From contig OZ024749.1 in NCBI GenBank assembly GCA_964016885.1, positions 48,484,001 through 48,548,000 on the forward strand: DNA of 64,000 bases, read 5' to 3'. Within the stretch, counting starts at the first letter, position 1, and each line of letters begins with the position of its first letter. The notes beneath the pieces were generated by a model. The model did not search any database, had not been told where the DNA came from, and saw only the letters and a list, made by a program, of their open reading frames with translations. The translations under genes and the position numbers were made by a program. Positions 1 to 13,213 of the stretch are shown here, one piece after another. The DNA comes from Eledone cirrhosa (taxonomy: Eukaryota).

Positions 1-205
1 TGTTAAAAAACCACCTGGCTCTCTTGAGAATTCTCATTATTTGTATTCCAGTTTCTAGAAACCCTTCCTCATGTTTATATATATATATATTCCAGAGATA
101 TTTAAGTGAACACACACACACACATATAAATATATATATATATATACAAATGAACATATATCTGACTGTATTATACAATTGTATGAACGACTCATATAAT
201 CTACC

Positions 206-264
<59 letters not shown>

Positions 265-528
265 CACGTATATGTGTATTTGTGAGTGTCTGTGATTTCA
301 ATGAAAATGTAGAGAAAGAAAAAGAATGCAGTTAATACATGAAATTTGTATGAAACAAGACGCATTGTGAGTAGAACCGGAAGAAGGTTTAAAATATTCT
401 CTGTAAAGAAATTTAGTAAGATTACGAATTGTAATTGTAATCTATATTGCAGAGATTACACTGAAGAGGTGCCTTTCTCTCACCCATTTCCTCTTCCTAT
501 ATCTCCCAAGTGTGCGTTCAGACACACA

Positions 529-606
<78 letters not shown>

Positions 607-732
607 AACACACATACACACACATACACGCACACGCGCGCACACCTCACATTCACACATACAGTCACACCCAAACACGTCAGTTCAGAATTACAGAATG
701 GTTTTCAATCGAAACTCTGTTACGTCTACTAG

Positions 733-753
733 TATTATTATTATTATTATTAT

Positions 754-834
<81 letters not shown>

Positions 835-856
835 CAGTAGTAGTAGTAGTAGTAGT
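733..856. repeat. (TAT)n-(TAG)n compound microsatellite
   Basis: Direct reading. Confidence 0.95.
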
Positions 857-1059
857 TTGGAGGAAGGTGTGATTAGATTAAGGGACAAGGAAATGTGAGA
901 AAGGATGGGGCGTTTGTTGGTGAAGGTTACATAGGGTATGAAAGCAGGATAATTCGAGTAGATAGCAATGTATTGTGTTAACAAAAGTAATAAACGCACA
1001 CCACACACAGGTGAGCCAACACAAAGCCACATACGCACACCGGGACATATACATACACT

Positions 1060-1108
<49 letters not shown>

Positions 1109-1111
<3 letters not shown>

Positions 1112-1264
1112 CATCAGGGTTCCTGAAGATTTCCTCCGAATGAAAGAGTTCTAGTCCTGTAGAAGCCTTTCTATATTAAATATTTATATTCTGCTTTGTA
1201 TTGAGTACTTTACTTACTCTGGTTAACCCCCCCCCCCCCCGATTGAACACGAGATAAACTTGCA
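1109..1264 (+). mobile_element. Family A copy with a degenerate hammerhead
   Basis: GGTTC-CTGAAGA(1123-1129)-TTTC CTCC GAAT-GAAAG-AGTTCTAGTCCT-GTA-GAAGCC plus the same tail. A short inverted stub AATCATCAGG lies at 1109-1118. (TA)n on both sides. Confidence 0.75.
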
Positions 1265-1309
1265 TATATATATATGTATATATATACACACACACATATA
1301 TATATATAT

Positions 1310-1617
<308 letters not shown>

Positions 1618-1680
1618 ATATATATATATATATATTATATATATATATATATATATTTATATATACATATATAGAGATAG

Positions 1681-1718
<38 letters not shown>

Positions 1719-1735
1719 CGAGATAGAGAGATGAG

Positions 1736-1783
<48 letters not shown>

Positions 1784-2977
1784 AGAGAGGAGGAGGTAAA
1801 TGAGAGAGGAGATGGAAAGGTACCGAAAGAGTGAGATATATCTAGAGAGAGAGAAAGAGAGAAAGAGAAAGGAAAGGGGTGAGAAGAAAGGGTTGACATG
1901 TTTTCTAAGAATCTTAGTGTATGTAGAAACGCTAAAGTCAAGAATGCGTATGAAGTTTAACTTAAATCTATACGAGAACAAGATCAGATTTAGAAAAAGA
2001 AATTCAGCAAGAACCAGAGAGGCAAGAATATTTCCACAATATGTTTGTTGAAATTACATACAAGTACAGACATTTTGCTGCGAATGGAGAGTAGTATTAT
2101 CACCCAGTGCATATTTTATCGACGTTTGGCGTATAAAAAACATATAAACAGTGATATAATTTGAACGTAGAATTTAATACCACAAATCATTCTATCCTGC
2201 GTTTTACCGTTCCTGGCGAACACCAGCCTTGTACTTAAGTAATAATTGAAATAGACAGTTGCATATATAAAACGACCGTTCGGTTTACCAGAAATACTTG
2301 GTTCAAATATTTCTTTCTTGCACTTGCAGCGTACAGCTTTAAATCCACGTACATTCACACACACAAGCATCCACATATACACACACATAATGTACCTCTG
2401 CTTCTTCGTGCAAAATTCATTCAATACATGAATTAGCTAAGAACTTAAACAGAAATATGCAAATTGACACACCCTAGTTGTGGTTACTATCAGATTTGAT
2501 GGGTTCATAAAGCATTTAGTTACATTGATGGTGATTGGGAAAACATGAAGATATTTGTGATTCCAACATAAACTGACACCCGGGAGAGGTTAAATACTGT
2601 TTCCATTCTACGTTTAAATACTTAAATAAAATATGTTTATCTTAAGGAGTGTATTGGTTTAAACACATATAGCGTGCATATTCGGTAAATGATATACAGT
2701 AACTTTACTGATATGAAATAATAGTGTATTTCAGCTGCTTTATGCACGATTTAACATTTATACTCATATATACCTGTATATATATATGTGTATATATTTG
2801 TGCAAATGTGTATGCAGATATGTCCATATGTCCATATTTATGTAAATATCCTGGACAAAAATTAAAAAAATATATATATATATATATATGGTAAAGGGAA
2901 ACGAAAGCAAGAAATTAAAATCCTGTCACTAGATATAAGTTGAAGTAAAATGCATCTTCGCCAATAGGGAGACAGAT

Positions 2978-3197
2978 AATGATGATGATGATAATGATGA
3001 TGATGATGATAATGACGACGACGACGATGATGGTGATGATGGTGATGGTGATGACGACGATGATAATGATGATGATGGTGATGTTGATGATGATGATGAT
3101 GATGACGATGGTGACGATGATAATGATGATGATATTGAATGTGATGATCGTGATGAAGATTATGATTATGACGATGATGACGATGATGACGATGACG
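2978..3197. repeat. Imperfect (ATG)n microsatellite
   Basis: Direct reading; it explains the poly-His and poly-Met ORFs. Confidence 0.95.
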
Positions 3198-3911
3198 AAA
3201 CCGACGAGTATGTTGAGGATAGCGCAAAAAACAGTAATCAGAATAAAAGAATAAAAAAATTACCAGAAAATACATGAGAGAAAAGAATCAAAATGGCGTT
3301 AACATGTTTCTGAAGGTTTCTTTGGGAAGTTGTTTAGCGAGAATGCTATTTTCGTAACTCATACGCTTGATGGTTTAACTATTAGAAATTAAATAATGAA
3401 AGAATGTTGTTTGGCAGAAAAATTTCCTGTTTATTCCTCATACTGACGATGGAAAATAAAACAGCATAGAAGAAGATCTATCATATTTGTTTTGTTAAGT
3501 TTTGTTGTTATGTTTATATATATATATTTCTGTATTTATTTTTATTCTGCTTTTCAAATTCCCAGCTTCTTATATTCTCTTCCTGCTACACGGTCTTGTT
3601 TTATAAGTTGTTTTGTTGATTCATTATTTGTTTGTGTAGTGTGTAGTTATTGTTGATGATGATGCTGCCAAAGCTACTGGTGTTATTTGTGTTGATAATG
3701 TTTCTGTTTAGCTTATCTTTTGACAAAGGTTTTGTTTTTATATAGGTTTACGTTGGTTTTGATGTTGTTGTCGATGAATTGTTATTTTATTTTTCTTATA
3801 TTTAAAATACCCATCCTATTTTTTAGGTTCCATTTGTATATTTATATATATACATACATGTATTATATGCAAATACTTATGGATACATAATCATATACAG
3901 GGGTGTGTCTG

Positions 3912-4076
<165 letters not shown>

Positions 4077-4256
4077 TACATATATGATTTGATTTTTTTC
4101 TTGCCTACTTTTTTTATTTTTGGCATGTAATAACTTTTCTCTTGCCATCTTTCAAACTCACAAAGTAATTCAAGTGGAACAAGAGGATTTCTTAGCAAAC
4201 ATATACGATATAAATACCGAAATATAAACAATGTATGTATGTATGTATGTATGTGC

Positions 4257-4309
<53 letters not shown>

Positions 4310-4905
4310 GGTGGATTGGCAGTATCGGTAGAGAGTCGGACGCCATGCTTTCCAGCATAGTTACGTCCCTTTACGGTCTAAGTTCAAATCCCGCCGAGGT
4401 TAATTTTGCCTTTCATCCTTACAGGGTCGATAAAATAAAGTGCCAGTAATGTACTGGATAATTTCTGGCCTTGTGCCAAAAGTAGAAACAATTATTATTA
4501 TTATTATTATTATTATTGAAGGAGGTGGATTGCCAGTATCGGGAGAGCGTCGGACAACATCCTTTGTAGGATAGATTTACGGCCTTTACATTCTAATATC
4601 ACATCCAACCGATGTTAACTGTGGGTTCCATCCTAACTGGGTCGAAAAATAAAGTACCAGTAACGCACTGGGGCCGATTTAATCGACTTTCCCTTACCCT
4701 AAAATATATTTACCTTGTGCCTAAATCAGAAACCATTATTATTTGGACACCATGCTTTGCAGCATAGAGTTACGCCGCTTTACTGTCTGAGTTCAAATCC
4801 CGCCAAGTTTAACTTTGCCTTTCATCCGTACGGGGTCGATAAAATAAAGTACCAGTAATGCACTGGGTATTTGCTGGCCTTGTGCCAAAAGTAGAAAACA
4901 ATTAT
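4310..4905 (+). mobile_element. Three tandem tRNA-derived SINE copies (4310-4495, 4521-4740, 5'-truncated 4745-4905)
   Basis: A-box-like TGGCAGTATCGG, B-box GTTCAAATCC, central GCCTTTCATCCTTACGGGGTCGATAAAATAAAGTACCAG (resembles the Meta/MESC domain, from memory), 3' GGCCTTGTGCCAAAAGTAGAAAC and an (ATT)n tail. Confidence 0.9.
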
Positions 4906-5243
4906 GATTAATGTTATTTGCAGCTCATACCCAACAACCACATCATCATCATTGCCATCACCAGCATCATCATTGCCATCATCATCATCATCATCATGAT
5001 CATCATCTTCCTCATCAACAGGGTCCTCATTATTGATATCAGTCAGATATATATACCGCTGAGCGAGATGTGTACACCGTGGAGAATTGTAAGAATATGC
5101 CATTACATCTCATGTTTTCGTCTTCTCAATTGGGGGATGAATATAATATAGATAGAAAACACATCTTCCAGCAAACACGCACATACACAGACATACATAC
5201 ACACACACATACACACTGGCATAAACACACACACTCTCTCATG

Positions 5244-5305
<62 letters not shown>

Positions 5306-5492
5306 CCTATGTGTGTGTGTGTGAGTGTGTTTGAGTGTGCATGTGTGTGTAAACAAGAAAATGAAACGTTGAGTAAGATAGAGTGGGGATGCGAGAAAGG
5401 GTATCTTATGTTCAAAAGATTCTAGAAACACATAACATTAACACACTCCACTTCATAATGTATGTCATATATATGCATACGTAGATACATAC

Positions 5493-5600
<108 letters not shown>

Positions 5601-5601
5601 G

Positions 5602-5977
5602 TGGAGACTGACCAAGAAACTCACTCAGATGGTGGTTGGGTGCTACACGAGAATATTGAGGATGGCCATGACAATTAATCAGTATACACTGAGGATGAAG
5701 AACTCAGAGCCACCCAAAAATCAGCTGAAAAGTGAAACATATGAGATTGAGGTTAGCTGGACATGCTCACCGACATCCAGATTTGACACTGCTGTCAGTG
5801 CTCCTGTTTGAGCCCCTCCAAGGACACACTGGACGAGGAAGACGGAAGTTAACATATGTTGATGCCCTCAGGACAGACACAGGTCTCTTGGAAACGCAGG
5901 AGACGTCAGCGATACTGAGGGACAGAGACCGCTGGAAAGAACTCGTCCATGGATCTCGGGAATTTTACACGCCCTAG
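5602..5977 (+). mobile_element. RTE-type non-LTR retrotransposon, ORF C-terminal fragment (frameshifted)
   Basis: WRLTKKLTQMVVGCYTRILRMAM, then RLRLAGHAHRHP...FEPLQGHTGRGRRKLTYVDALRTDTG...DRDRWKELV, typical of the RTE-clade post-RT region. Confidence 0.8.
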
Positions 5978-6030
5978 ATGGCAATTTAGAAATAGCCGTC
6001 GAAACAGCTTGAGCACTGCCGTCGGGGTCA
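5971..6030 (+). mobile_element. Family C fragment joined to the RTE 3' end
   Basis: AATAGCCGTCGAAACAGCTTGAGCACTGCCGTCGGGGTC matches 16806-16844. Confidence 0.65.
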
Positions 6031-6043
6031 AACACACTCACAT

Positions 6044-6128
<85 letters not shown>

Positions 6129-6343
6129 AAGGATAAAAAAATATCGTTATAGGTAATCCAATTAGAGGTTGTGAATACTTCTTATTATGGATAGTTTTAG
6201 CGTACGGCGTTGCTTAACTCAACATGAGGTTTACGTAGATCACGAGTTTATCACTTGTATTCCTATGTAAATTTATCTTGGAGTAATGGCATTGAAAAAG
6301 TGGAGAATAACATGGTCAACAGTACAAAAAGGGGAATTATTTG

Positions 6344-6453
6344 CAGTATAACAATTGCTTCACTGATAGAGTTGTCTAAAATTTGCTGTACACTAAAAGC
6401 AATGCCACTCAATTTTAAATACGGTGTTAATAGTATTAGATCTTCAGAATCTG
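6344..6453 (-). ncRNA. Degenerate copy of the family B hammerhead
   Basis: Reverse complement reads CTGAAGA(6441-6447)...GAAGC(6357-6361)AATTGTTATACTG. The core has GAAAC>GAAGC and stem II is disrupted. Confidence 0.55.
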
Positions 6454-7149
6454 TTAAAAAATATATATGTAACCGGAAAATTGACAAATTCAAATAACAT
6501 CATCAATAATAAAATTAATAATAAAGATATAGAGAGAAAAAGAAGAAGAAAGGGAGATATATACATTAAAGAAAGAAAGGGAAGGAAGGAAGGAGAAAGA
6601 AGAAGAAGGAAAAAGAAAAAAAGAAAAAGAAGAAAAGGAGAAATTATTATAGATAGAAATATAAAGAGAGGAACATATATAGAAGATGATGGTAGATTGA
6701 GAAGAGACAAACATAAGTAAAAATAACGTATGCTAGAAAGAAGAATAGAGGCACAAATAAATGAATAAACGTTAATACATGAATAAATATAAATAAAAAT
6801 AAAAATAGATTTATAAAAATGTATGAAAAAATGGTGGAAATATGATAATGTTAAATATATTTATGTGTGTATTGGTTATTTTAATAAATAAATTGATTAA
6901 TTAATTTTAAGTTATATTATATGATAACATAAAATGACAGAGATGAAATAAATTTAGGGAGAGAAATATAAAGATAAAGAGTGAAACGTAGAGATATATA
7001 AAATAAGAATGAAAATATAAGAGGTTTTGATGTTGTTCTTTGATAGATGATGATAATTATAATTATAATGATGATGATGTTGATAATGTGATATCAGAAT
7101 AGATCCAAGTGGTACAATCTGTGTTATGGAATAGATGAGATGGAATGAA

Positions 7150-7990
7150 ACTGGTCTAAAGTTCTCAAATTTAGTCGCCGATTTATGTCGACCAAAAATG
7201 TTTTTTTAAATTTTACTGTTAAGAAGAATTTTGTTGTAATTTAAAATTTGGAAAAGTTCCATATTACAGAGAACACAGTGGGACATACCAATTTGATAGG
7301 CCTTTCTTTTAGATAGCGTTGTCCAGCTGATTTTATATTCCATGTTACCATCTTTAAGTTGCCAGATTTTATTGGTGAGACTCGTTGTCTTTCAGAGATT
7401 CCTTTTAGTCATAGAGTGTGTATGTACGTACCACCTTTTCTTAAACTCCCCAGCTCTGGAACCAATGTAATGCCATGCTAAATTACCTGAATTTATAGTA
7501 CATAGGTATACTATATTTGTCTCTAGGCATCTATTTTGCAAAGGGCATTTGTCAGGTAGATGGCAGTTATATTTAGTTGCTTACTATGCGCCGGTTCTTC
7601 GATATGGTTTTGTAGGTTGCTTTTGTAGGTTGCTATGTATTGTGGTGATGTGCTCTGATCTGGGTTTGGTTGTGATGATGTTATATGCTTATGTTTTGTA
7701 TTAGGTGTTATGGTACTTATTTGCGGACCATTTGTATTATACATTTTTTATAGATAATTTTATGTATGTGCGATTCTATGTTGCTGGCAGTGGAGAATGA
7801 TAATTTAATAATTTTTCTATTAAAGATGTTATGATATTTATGACTTTTAGGGAAATATTTGTCAACTAATTTGAAGTGTAAGGTAGCTTAGTTTTTATAG
7901 AGGAGTTAAACATTGGATTGAACCATAAGTAGTTTCTATTTCTGCAACTTCTATAGTTATTAGTGGTTTTGTATTTTTGTTCCGTTAATG
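7150..7990 (-). pseudogene. PLE linker plus GIY-YIG endonuclease remnant (Cys-rich linker type, Neptune-like)
   Basis: IVY at 7506-7514 and YIG at 7461-7469, a preceding C..CPL..CL motif, and a downstream FKxR..H and CxLC..E. Stops and frameshifts present; boundaries approximate. Confidence 0.85.
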
Positions 7991-8301
7991 TATGTGCTTG
8001 TTGCCAATGTTTATGTTTAGTCCTTGGTTTGTTGTTTCTATAGGTGTGTTTTTCTCCACTCTGTCTCCCATCATCTTCTATATATCTTCCTCTGTTTATA
8101 TTTATATCTATAATAATTTCTCCTTTTCTTCTTTCTCTTTTTCTTATTCCTTCTCCTTTTTTCTCCTTCCTTTCCTTTCTTTCTTTACTGTATCTAATTC
8201 CCTTTCTGCCTATTTTTATCTCTATATCTTTATTATTAATATTATTATTGATGATGTAATTTGAATTTGTAAATTTGCCGGTTACATATATATTTTTTTA
8301 A

Positions 8302-8411
8302 CAGTTTCTGAAGATCTAATAGAGTTAACATCGTATTTAAAATTGAGTGGCATTGCTTTTAGTGTTCAGCAATGTTTAGACAACTCTATCAGTGAAACAA
8401 TTGTTATACTG
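8302..8411 (+). ncRNA. Type I hammerhead ribozyme in the PLE pLTR, with an extended stem II (family B)
   Basis: CAGTTT-CTGAAGA(8308-8314)-T-CTAATAGAGTT...AACTCTATCAG-T-GAAAC(8394-8398)-AATT-GTT-ATACTG. Stem II pairs 10/11, stem I pairs 5/6, and stem III has the palindromic loop AATT. Confidence 0.7.
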
Positions 8412-8944
8412 CAAATAAATCCCATTTTTTGTACTGTTGACCGTGTTATTCTTCACCTTTTCAATTATATAGGTATATATATCGCTTATTCATATTTTTT
8501 GTGTCACGTTACCGTGTATTCTGTAATTTTGCGTCCAATATGTACTACTTAGCACCGAGTAAGGCGATATCAATTACAGCGACGATCAAAGAGGGTTTTT
8601 TCAGGAGCATATTATCTTTGGTGTATCATATTGGCGTTGTGGTTAACGTTAAACAATTTATCCATCCGTTTTATTATGAGAGCGTACTATGTAATGAATG
8701 TGTAATATGGCTGGTTTTGCTAGACCAAGAACATGCACACCTACACCTTAATATCCTAGCTATTATTCGTATCGCTGAATGACGTCAAATGTCCTTCTTC
8801 TAAAATGTTATCACATAAAACATCGTCATTTTAATATTTACAGTATTTTAGTATTTCTACTTGCTACAAACCATTAGTAAATCTGTAGTATATATAACAC
8901 GAACAAATATATTGCGAAATTGAGAGCTTCTTCTACAAACCGTC

Positions 8945-9027
<83 letters not shown>

Positions 9028-9721
9028 TATATACGTGTGCGTGTGTGTGTGTCTGATGGTAGCTAAGACGCTTCCATAGGCGGTGTGCCGGTTGAGCACT
9101 TTATGCTCGTACAGAGCAGAGCACTGGTTTTTCGTTTTCTCTCTCTATATATATATATAAACAATACATATATAAATTGAGAGAGTGAGACAGGCATATA
9201 TAGATAGATAGATAGATAGATATATAGATAGAGAGCGAGAGAAAAGAGGGAGAGAGAGAGAGAGCAAGAGAGAGAGATAGAAAGAAAGATAGGGAGAGAG
9301 AGAGAGAGAAGTGCTTGCACATTTGAAGCCTTGTTAGATGTCACTCCCAAAGATGCAGAAGTAGCCCGCTTGACGCCAGTCTCACATATATCTAGAGCGA
9401 ATCTTAAACGGCGCGAGTAATTCATCCTATGCACCATGTGAATTGTTTTATAGATAAATATGTATAACCAACCGACACAATACGCTCTAGGAGACAGTAG
9501 GGTGTGTGGAATACAGCGAGAAACCTTTCCGGATGTGCTTTTTATTATACTTAAACATTCTCTCAAATCGTTGGTTTTATCCCATCACATTATTCAAGCA
9601 GCTACATTTCAGAAGACTTTCCAGTATGTATTGTGTCAATGTATTTATTTTGATAAAGCATGTTTTATTATGGTTTTATTTCCTATTATTATTTTTTGGT
9701 TTGTTTACTATTATGACTTTA

Positions 9722-10098
9722 GGGCAGTGAATTGGCAATATCAGTAGAGTGTCGGACAACAGGCTAAGTGGCATAGAGCTAGGACCATTTACGTTCTGAC
9801 TTCAAATCCCACTGAGGTTAGCTTTGCCTTTAATTCTTTTGATGTCGATTTGACCGACATTTCCCTCCCACAAAAGATTCTCGGCCTTGTGTCTAAATCA
9901 GAAATCATTGTGAATTGACAGTATCGGTAGAGGATCGGACACCATTCTTTGCAGCATAGTTACGTCCCTTTACGGTCTGATTTCAAATCCCGTCGACGTT
10001 AACTTTTCCTTTCATCCTTACGGGGTCGATAAATTACAGTACCAGTAATGTTACTGTGTAATTGCTGGCCTTGTGCCATAAGTAGAAACAATTATTAT
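9722..10098 (+). mobile_element. Two tandem SINE copies, same family
   Basis: The same head, central and tail motifs occur twice, with the junction near 9910. Confidence 0.85.
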
Positions 10099-10569
10099 CA
10101 CCTTATTTCCGATTTTTTTAAAAATGTCAAGCCTATCTAACACACCAATATTCTTAAGGTGTATTAATGGAACGCAATGAAAACGTATTTACAGACATAT
10201 TAACAATAATAATGTATTTGAACAATAAGTCAAGGATAGAATATTTAGCCAATTTATTGGATAATTTCCCTCGACAATTGCATTCCCTGGTACGATATAT
10301 GATTTCACTCATCCCAAACCAATTTCAAATTTAAAATCTTCTCACATATTTTTCAAATTAAATTTCAAGAAACATAGTTAAAGTCTGCCTCTTAAATAGG
10401 CAACTAATATTTCGCTTATTGTATTGTTAAAACAGATACCAATGATTTTACTTTAGCCTTTGGCATTCCATACATGTAGGAATATATATATACGTTAGGT
10501 ATGAATTTATTAATTCAGGTATATATATATGAATATATATATATATATATGAATATATATATATATATA

Positions 10570-10656
<87 letters not shown>

Positions 10657-10659
<3 letters not shown>

Positions 10660-10965
10660 AACAAGTTATCGTTATTGGTAATCCAGTTGGAGGTCGTGAG
10701 TATTCTGCGTCGTGTGTAGTTTTAACGTACGGCTTTGTTTGTCTCAACAAGATGTGTTCGTAGTTAGACAGCGAGTTCCCGGGAATTCCTATGTAGGTTA
10801 TACTTGGAGTAATAATAGTGAAAGAATGAAGAGTAACATGGTTGGCTGTACAAGAAGAGGCTTTATTTCAGGTTTTAACAATTGTTTCATTGACTCACCT
10901 GATCAAAGAAACAATTGTTAATACCTGAAATAAAACCCCTTGTTGTACAGTCAACCACGTTACTC
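10657..10965 (-). mobile_element. Short derivative of the PLE pLTR end (family B relative) with a fold-back hairpin
   Basis: 10657-10888 aligns by eye with 6131-6361. Arms 10831-10888 and 10908-10965 are inverted and both contain GAAACAATTGTT. Starts directly after (TA)n. Confidence 0.75.
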
Positions 10966-11407
10966 TAAAGAGGGTTTGTATTTGCGTTTAATTGTTCTCA
11001 ACGCTCAACATAATGACGTATTATATTCGTTTTTTTACGTTCATTGCCATGAACCACCTAATATGATATTAGTCTACGACTTAATTTATACCATAAACGT
11101 GGTTTTGTCTATGTGTGTAATTGTTTTCACCGCACGAAATAATGACGTAATATCTTAGTTTTTTTTTTCGTTCTTTGCCAGAGAACGTTTCCACGAACCA
11201 AAGTATAGTCTTCTTTCGGTTGCAACGTTTTTTGAAATATTTACTTTTTTTGAAATATTCACAGATTGAAATATTTACGTTTTTTGAAATATTCACAGAT
11301 TGAATTTTCTAGTTTCAGAAGATCCCGTTAAGGGTGAAAGCAGCGATTCTTTGCTTCCACTTTAATCTGTTATTTTAATAAATATATATATATATTATGC
11401 ATGTACT

Positions 11408-11600
11408 GGCGGTGGATTGGCAGTATGGTTAGAGGGTCGGACACCATGCTTTGACGCAGAGAGTTACGGCCCTTGCGATTCTGTTTTCGATTCCGGCCGT
11501 GTTTAACTTCGCCTTTCATCCTTACGGGGTCGATAAAATAAAGTACCAGCAATGCACAGTAAAATTGGTGGCCTTGTGCAAAATTAGAAACAATTATTTA
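11408..11600 (+). mobile_element. SINE, full length
   Basis: GGCGGTGGATTGGCAGTATGG...GCCTTTCATCCTTACGGGGTCGATAAAATAAAGTACCAG...GGCCTTGTGCAAAATTAGAAACAATTATT. Confidence 0.9.
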
Positions 11601-11655
11601 TGTATGTGTTTACATGTATATATACATCTTTTTCACCATTTCAGGCATGCTACCG

Positions 11656-11717
<62 letters not shown>

Positions 11718-13048
11718 TGTATGTATATAGCGATAAAAAAGAAAAAGAATGCTAGAGATAAAGAAAGAGATAAAAAACAGCATTCCATATCTAGTACCAT
11801 TGTATATGCACGAGGCTTGACACCAAACTGGAGTTTGAATTATTTTATCTAGCTTGTAACATTGTTTTCATTTTTCAGCCACCTGCCATCGAATGTTTTT
11901 CAAAATCCTTATCAGTTGTTATGGGTATACATATTTTACACTTCGTAGCGTAACACATGGGTGTTTGTAGATACTTACTGATAAATGTTTCATTGTATTC
12001 TCTTTTCTATTGTTAGATTTCTCCTTATATTTCGTTTGCAGATTTGAAACAAAATAGATATGGTGGTATGATGATTGGATCACTCGACTGTATCAATATT
12101 CGGATAATTTATCTACTAGAAACTCAGATATATTTATGCATATTACAGAATGCAAGTTCGACTGCGTTCCATATTTCTTTCTTCCTTTATTCATTCCTAT
12201 TATTGATTGATCCATTCATATGTATTTATGAATAAATGTTGCTGCGTATCAATCTACATTGCTTTCTTATATTGTTCAAATGTAGGAGGATGTGTAAAAG
12301 TGTTATGGATTTGTTTATTTGTTCACTCATATCTTGGGGTTCATTTCCAGGCAAAATTGATCATGACTCTCATAATTGTAATATAGTATAAGTAAAGTGA
12401 TTCTTAGATTCAGTGTAATATAATGCATATTGTATTTTTAAGACATAACCTAACCTGTGTGGATTTCTTAAGTGGCCACATATTCTAGTTATATTCCTAC
12501 CAAACAACACTAGATAAATGATAAAATACCATAATAAGTTTAATTGTAAACCATGTCTGATAAAAAGCTGAAACATCATAGTCAGGATTGGAGACTGGGA
12601 AGCCATTGATTATAGATTCCCTTGATCAGATCTAAGCTGATTCTAAATGCAAAAACATCGGTAGTCAAATCATTTTCAAATCAAAATCTACCGTCTTAAA
12701 ACCTACATATCAAATATTCTCGTCGAATGTAATATAGACCTTAAAGAATGAGAAAATGATATCATGAAAACAGTAAAATATTCAATAATAGATCAAATAG
12801 GCTGGATACTAACATTGTGCTGAACAACAACAAACAAGAATCGTCTCATTCCCTTCAGAATCTGATATACTTGTGGTATGATCTAAACCGATTATGTTTA
12901 ACTACAAGGAGAAAACTAATGATTTTTTCCAATATAATATGTTTATACAGACACACACACACACACACACACACACACGCGCGCGCGCATACAGAGGCAC
13001 ACACTCACGCACACACACACCCACACACACATACACACACACACACAT

Positions 13049-13084
<36 letters not shown>

Positions 13085-13086
<2 letters not shown>

Positions 13087-13135
13087 TTTTAGAGGACTAG
13101 AAATGTTTCATTCGAACGTTATCATCAGGAAAGTC
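13085..13135 (-). mobile_element. Family A degenerate hammerhead fragment
   Basis: Reverse complement: TTC-CTGATGA-TAACGTTCGAAT-GAAACATTTCTAGTCCTCTA. A reverse-complement family A tail motif (AAGTACTCAATAC) lies at 13228-13240. Confidence 0.6.
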
Positions 13136-13142
13136 TCATAAA

Positions 13143-13213
<71 letters not shown>

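Larger units (their letters stand above)
6131..8466 (-). mobile_element. Decayed 5'-truncated Penelope-like retroelement: ORF C-terminus with GIY-YIG endonuclease, 3' pseudo-LTR, and an inverted partial pLTR
   Basis: Minus-strand peptides across frameshifts: RNYLWFNPMFNSSIKT, LVDKYFPKSHKYHNIFNRKIIKLSFS, NCHLPDKCPLQNRCLETNIVYLC...WHYIGSRAGEFKKRWYVH, TSLTNKIWQLKD..YKISW, YQIGMSHCVLCNME. 6291-~6710 and ~8060-8466 are inverted copies of each other. The left end abuts (TA)n. Confidence 0.9.

Noticed and set aside
2862-3275. His-rich 137-aa ORF
   Set aside because: It is an imperfect (CAT)n repeat without coding context.
4310-4400. Possible tRNA gene (A and B boxes)
   Set aside because: No cloverleaf; it is the head of a multi-copy SINE.
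9050-9130. Minus-strand peptide AYGSVLAT resembling neuroligin YDGSVLA
   Set aside because: There is no upstream IHG motif, no downstream NYRLG and no splice sites; it is flanked by microsatellites and likely a repeat scrap.
11226-11305. Short tandem repeat TTTTTTGAAATATT(C/T)AC resembling a CRISPR array
   Set aside because: Eukaryotic context, no unique spacers; local slippage duplication.
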